Below, in pieces: positions 27,421 to 27,900 of a stretch of 27,900 nt of DNA. The position numbers and the translations under genes were made by a program. The notes beneath the pieces are model-generated. The model was not told the DNA's origin and ran no database searches. It worked only from the letters and a program-made list of their open reading frames with translations. Numbering within the stretch: the stretch's first letter is position 1; every line of letters begins with the position of its first letter. This DNA is from a virus (lineage: Duplodnaviria; Caudoviricetes), in the IMG/VR virus record IMGVR_UViG_3300030202_000575, positions 1 to 27,900 of that record; one strand, given 5' to 3'.

Positions 27421-27900
27421 TAGAATGTAAACTTGATGACTCAACACCGATAGACGGTCTAGAAAATGCTACTGATGAAGAAGTCGGGGCATTTCTACGA
27501 ACTAAAAAGATGTTCGATGAAGCAGAAATAGCTAAAGACAAAGGCATATCAGATAGCATTATGCGATACTTTAGGTTTGACCGTTTTGCTGTAATGAACT
27601 CATCAAAGAGCCCGCTGATGCGTCAGTTGGCAAAAGTATTGACTGAAGACCCTAACGCTACAGGTGGTATTGTTAGAGAGTCTACGGCTACAGCTATCAA
27701 ACATATTGAGTCTGGTAAATTTAGAACACAATACTATCGGTCATACATTCCTGCATTTAAAGAATTTTTAAAAGAACGTAAGCTAAATACAAAACACTTG
27801 TATTCACAAGCTACAAGAGAAGAGTTTAATGAACTAATTGCTAAGTCTATTCGTAATGGTGGTGAAGGCGTATCGCCCGCAGCTAACCAAGTAGCTAAGA
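27417..27900 (+). CDS. Partial large virion protein (probable gp16 C-terminal-like); not in the ORF track, runs off the window
   Basis: Hand translation MIECKLDDSTPIDGLENATDEEVGAFLRTKK...SPLMRQLAKVLTEDP...REEFNELIAKSIR is open to the window end. ATGA overlap with the previous gene, TAAGGA SD. Confidence 0.8.
   Translation, partial: MIECKLDDSTPIDGLENATDEEVGAFLRTKKMFDEAEIAKDKGISDSIMRYFRFDRFAVMNSSKSPLMRQLAKVLTEDPNATGGIVRESTATAIKHIESGKFRTQYYRSYIPAFKEFLKERKLNTKHLYSQATREEFNELIAKSIRNGGEGVSPAANQVAK

Overview
The window is a continuous piece of a T7-like podophage genome (Autographiviridae-type), with all credible genes on the + strand. Gene order: partial C5 DNA methyltransferase and small early genes, MarR-type regulator, tyrosine integrase, a tRNA-Phe(GAA) 5'-half (probable attP), single-subunit RNA polymerase, SSB, endonuclease I, primase/helicase, DNA polymerase A, exonuclease, DUF5664-like protein, NrdA/NrdB, portal, scaffold, capsid, tail tubes A/B, a GNAT-like gp13 and internal virion proteins, including a split gp16-like pair that runs off the window. 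The layout resembles temperate marine HTVC019P-type podophages; that is recalled, not searched. The most interesting items are: (1) the integrase-RNAP intergenic region, where the tRNA half is completed into a tRNA-like cloverleaf, sits inside an inverted repeat and is surrounded by repeated ATCC-N6-GGAT palindromes, suggesting an integration-coupled switch on RNAP; (2) three virion proteins beginning Met-Cys together with a GNAT enzyme, suggesting phage-encoded N-terminal acylation; (3) strong GATC and probable GCGC avoidance; and (4) three ORFs missing from the supplied track. All family assignments come from motif recognition, not database searches.
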